From: Spirogloea muscicola
Lineage: Eukaryota
DNA length: 64,000 nucleotides
Assembly: GCA_009602725.1 (NCBI GenBank)
Contig: WELB01000022.1
Coordinates: 836,589-900,588, forward strand
Direction: 5' to 3'
Below are positions 60,901 through 64,000 of the stretch, piece after piece. Every line of letters begins with the position of its first letter. The stretch's first letter is position 1. The notes below the pieces were generated by a model that was not told where the DNA came from, did no database searches, and was given only the letters and a program-made list of their open reading frames with translations. The position numbers were made by a program, and so were the translations under genes.

Positions 60901-63810
60901 TATCTTTCTTACCACAGTGGATAGCCAGATATGCAGTCTTCGGGGAATCAGGCTGGCAGGCGTCGCTTATCTCGTGCAGACTGCATGAGAATTGCAGCCT
61001 ATTGATTGGCCATGCTTCTGAGCCCGTCAGCTTACCAATCAGATTGATTGACTCACCCTGTACAGGTCTACTACATGGTAGACACGAACAGCTACGTCCA
61101 ATTATTGAATTTCTCTGGTTGTGGTACGGTCTCTTTCCATAATGCTTTCACTGACGTGCATCTCACATAGCTCTGTCAGGCATATACAGAGAGATCATGG
61201 CAACCTATCCGCCTTCCTGCTCAGTGCCATTAATTAGACCTCTACACAAAGGTAGTCCTTAACTGGCCATTGACTTCTTCACTGCAGGAAACACGTTCAA
61301 TTGTAACCACCCCGTGGTTTTAGAGCTTGTCCTAGACAGTCTGCGCCACTGGTATGTACTCCTTTCGTAGGTAGCTCTCCGCAGTCACAGTTTCCCTGGG
61401 GCGATGCTTGCCTCATTTCCAGATATTACGCACTGGGCTACTCGATTGTGTATGTATAAGTGCTTAATGGTGCAGGTATGAAGCACTTCAAGAGAAGCAT
61501 TTTTTGAAATTGATTGTGCTTCAGCGTGTGCTTCTTATACGACTACGCATAAGGTCCTCAGGGTCACGGAGTACCATGTGGACGGGTTTCGCTTTGATCT
61601 CGCCAGCTGCCTTTGTCGAGACCAGAATGGCATTCCCATTCCTGGTCCTCCAGTTATCAAGGTAACATCTGCTTTATGGTCTGCCAGGTACAGCCTGCCC
61701 AGCTAGAAGAAGAGCAAGCACCAGCGTAAAGTTGCTATATCATCTTGTGAGATGGAACCGCAATCTTGCAATCAGGAGAGCTCTACTTAATGTACAATGG
61801 GGTCCATGCATCAAAGGTGATTGCACAGCTTTGATGAATTGGGTGAACGCTAACTTGTAGGCCATTGCCAAAGATGCAATACTGTCGCGGGTCAAGTTGA
61901 TTGCGGAGCCTTGGGATTGTGGAGGTCTCTATCAAGTTGGGAAATTCCCCAATTGGGACAGGTGTGCAGCTCAGCTTTCATTGATCTGCCTCTCAGTATG
62001 AGCATCAGTCTTCAATGTCGAGCCCATTGGAATCGCTGCATTTGACTTGCATGACACTTGTCTACAACAAATTGTGGCAGATGGGCCGAATGGAATGGCA
62101 TATTCCGCGACGACATCCGCAGGTTTATCAAGGTCAGCATGTGCAAAGAAGGGCACAGAGAGCTCCAAATGCAGTGTACCACACCACATATTGAGGAGGC
62201 CGCATTTATCGTGCTGTGTGATGGTCGTGAAGCACATGATCAATAGCATAAAATTTGTCTTATGCAGGGGGACCCAGGAATGAAGAGTGCCTTTGCCACT
62301 CGAGTCGCTGGATCGGCCGATCTTTATAATGTAATTTCCCGTCTTCTATCGCTCTTGCTAAAGCCATCTTTTGGCTTGCTACATAACGCAATCTTGAGTT
62401 TTGCTGCTCTTACCGCTAGTGTGATCCGCTTAGACCTGCGAGCGTGCCAGGACCTGGGACCACGTCTTTGCGATCTGTTGTACTTATAGGGACTTGCGTT
62501 TTTGATGGCAAACCACCACGTGCGTTGATCTCTCACAGGTCAACCAGAGGAGACCATATCATAGTATCAATTTTGTCATTGCTCACGATGGATTCACCCT
62601 GATGGACCTTGTATCATACAACAGCAAGGTCAAGCATTGCCCACTAGATGCCTCTGCAGCTCTATGCATCTACCTTACATGACAATAAGCAGAAGCCGTG
62701 TGCTTCAAGTTATGTCAGTACATGCACCATGCAGCCGTGCCCATTCGTCTTTGCTTGATGATGTAGCAGCACAATGAGGCAAACGGAGAGAGTGGAAATG
62801 ATGGCAGCAATGACAACTTCAGCTGGAACTGTGGTGTGGAAGGTGAATTTCCTCTCTCACTCAGCTGAGTTCAATGAGCATTGTTCCACTTTTTCCACAC
62901 CCGTCTTGAAGGAAATTGCAGTGCACTGAAGCAGGTCCTACAGAGGACTCTCTTGTGGAGGGACTACGTGCGCGCCAAGTCAAGAACTATCACATTGCTC
63001 TCATCATCTCCCAGGTCAGCATCGATGCATGTAAAATGACGGGCAACAGCTTGTGAGGTATTTGAAATTGCCCACAACTTTGTCAAGTGATGGTGATGCA
63101 TACTGGAATACCAGAGTCAGTATGAAGGAAGCTGACTTGCTGATGGTACTTATTCTCAAGATACTGTGGTCATGGCAGGGCACGCCAATGATGCTCATGG
63201 GAGATGAGTACGGCCATTCGAGGAAAGGCAATAACAACAGCTATGGCCATGACAATGAGCTTAACCACTTTCAGTGGAAACAGGTCTTCACTTGTCACTC
63301 AGTGCACCTTCACTCCTATTAGTTATTAGTGATCATGCACACCGCAGAATACTGCGGCATATTATGTATACTTAGATGAATAACTTTGCTGCTTTGATAC
63401 GGGATATTTGCAGCTGGAGGAGAGAAGAAGGAGCACCTTTGACTTCTTTGCAAAAGCCAATTGCTTCAGAAGGCAGCACCCGCTCTTGGGTCGAGAGATG
63501 TTCTTGAACAATGTATGCATGTGCACAGAGGACAAGCTTGCCGTTTGATTATCTAGGATGGCCTCGATGGTGGCTCTGTGCCCTGTTGCCCTACTAATTA
63601 TCTAGAGATTGTGAATGCGCCGCTGCTCATTGTGAAGCTTGTGCATCACTGCACCAGTCATCAAATGAAATTGCTCAATGATGCAAGTGATCATGTGCTG
63701 CTTGACCTGCTTGACCTCATTCATATATTTTCACATTCTCAATTACAGAGTGACGTAACGTGGCATGAAGACAACTGGGGCAATGTGGAGAGTCGATTCC
63801 TAGCATTCAC
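57942..63810 (+). CDS. ISA3: Isoamylase 3 (GH13 starch debranching enzyme); transit-peptide exons uncertain, firm from 58703, 3' end beyond window
   Basis: GTPSPLGVS...[93 protein letters not shown]; 19 GT-AG-bounded exons traced from 58703. Confidence 0.95.
60676..60704 (+). repeat. Degenerate (AAACCCT)n tract in ISA3 intron
   Basis: aaaccctgaccttgaaccctaaaccctga. Confidence 0.7.
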
Positions 63811-64000
63811 GTACATACTAGCCTTCTCATTATGCATACCTTATGTTGAGCTGCAAGTCAATAAGCAGAGCTGTTTAGTTGGTCCATGAGTCAGTTGTTA
63901 GCTGCATGAGATTTTCCTGGAGGTACTTTGCTGTGTTGCTATTGACAAATCCCGCACCGCGCGCCTTCTTCTTTGTCAAATCCCCACTGGGCTTCAAACA

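Overview
Eukaryotic, GC-rich, intron-dense nuclear DNA from a green plant lineage. It is most likely a streptophyte alga, inferred from OBERON, DUF3755, ISA3 and RECQL3 homologues and TTTAGGG-type repeats; the species cannot be determined from sequence alone. About 12 spliced genes lie in almost strictly alternating orientation: DUF3755 protein, XPG/UVH3, TMEM128-like, a small putative plastid membrane protein, PRP17/CDC40, EMC7, a ZIP metal transporter, an unknown possibly AP2/ERF gene, BOP1, RECQL3, OBERON and ISA3 (runs off the window). Several GC-rich first exons fall in assembly gaps, three of them bordered by ~122-nt poly-A artefacts. Three intergenic islands (13.8-16.6, 28.0-33.7, 53.5-57.7 kb) are mosaics of 5'-truncated CRE-clade (restriction-like endonuclease) non-LTR retrotransposons of about five subfamilies. 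The strongest signal is that these elements have CT-rich tails instead of poly-A and repeatedly insert, with 6-11 bp target-site duplications, into each other's 3' regions, often exactly into the loop of a conserved 3'-UTR hairpin: an apparently self-targeting retrotransposon system. Splicing oddities include a U12 AT-AC intron in BOP1, a 4-nt microexon and a CT 'donor' in RECQL3, GC-AG introns and an intron bracketed by complementary (GCC)n/(GGC)n arms. All exon structures were traced by eye.
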